From Eledone cirrhosa (taxonomy: Eukaryota), in the NCBI GenBank assembly GCA_964016885.1, contig OZ024741.1, positions 364,250,001 through 364,314,000 of the forward strand: 64,000 nucleotides of DNA, read 5' to 3'. A model generated the notes under the pieces. The model was not told the origin of the DNA, did no database searches, and saw nothing but the letters and a program-made list of their open reading frames with translations. This document shows positions 63,325 to 64,000 of the stretch, in pieces (position 1 is the stretch's first letter; every line of letters starts with the position of its first letter). The position numbers were made by a program, and so were the translations under genes.

Positions 63325-64000
63325 ATACACACACACACAAACACACACATACATACATATATATCTGCATACACATACATATATATTCAAGCATATACAT
63401 GCTGTGTATCTCATTATAGACATGGTAACAAAAGGGTAATAAATTTACTTTCCAGATCCGTAGATAAGTTCCTTGCAAATATCAGCTAACATTCTTGCTT
63501 CAGATACTCTTTATTATTTTTAAGCTAAATCTTATGTTTTACATGGTTGAGGAATTTAACAGCTCATTCCCCCTCCCCACAAAGAAAAACACACAATAAA
63601 TAAAAGAAAAAGAAATGCACACAAAAATAGAAAATTACATTAATTCTAGATTCTAGCAAGTTTAAATGAAAACCTCGAGAAATATAGCCTCAATCACGTT
63701 TGTTTTAGTATATTTTATTTAATTATCAGAATGATCAAATGATTATACTTGGTAAGCCAAACATAGAGGTTGGAGAATGCAGCAATACTAAAGGGAACTG
63801 GCCACTCATACTGATGTTAAGGTACTGTTCTCAAAATAAATGACATCAAAATCTCATAGATTCGATATTATGTGAGATAATTATGTGAGGTAAAGATTTT
63901 ACCATGAAAATACAATAATATATATAGAATAATGTAAATGCTAAAGGGTTAAGAGATTTAGCATAAGAGATAACAGTCTGTCACAGAGTTAACACTCAGC

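Overview
AT-rich, microsatellite-dense eukaryotic DNA. The SINE and RTE repertoire points to a coleoid cephalopod (Octopus-like); this is an inference. The only host coding sequence I can support is a 76-nt first coding exon (3757-3832, MSHSQKEEQYVGPYRLEKTLGKGQTG|gt) of a BRSK/SAD-family neuronal Ser/Thr kinase, which the ORF track missed. I found no exon 2 by eye, so the remaining ~60 kb is probably intron 1. That intron holds one intact RTE-clade LINE (APE + RT with an inserted PHD finger), truncated copies of at least three RTE subfamilies, CRE-, R4/Dong-, BovB- and RTEX-like relics, three tRNA-SINE families, piggyBac/pogo/mariner-type MITEs, a Helitron and Penelope-type minimal hammerhead ribozyme motifs. 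The most notable observations are: (1) the intact RTE's 3' UTR is complementary over ~30 nt to the sequence spanning its likely start codon, with C-rich direct repeats beside both partners and a competing local hairpin, suggesting a 5'-3' RNA panhandle or switch; (2) a family of short hammerhead-bearing inserts at (TA)n tracts; (3) recurrent fold-back inverted duplications centred on (TA)n. Most ORFs in the track are microsatellite artefacts. All family assignments come from motif recognition by eye, not database searches.
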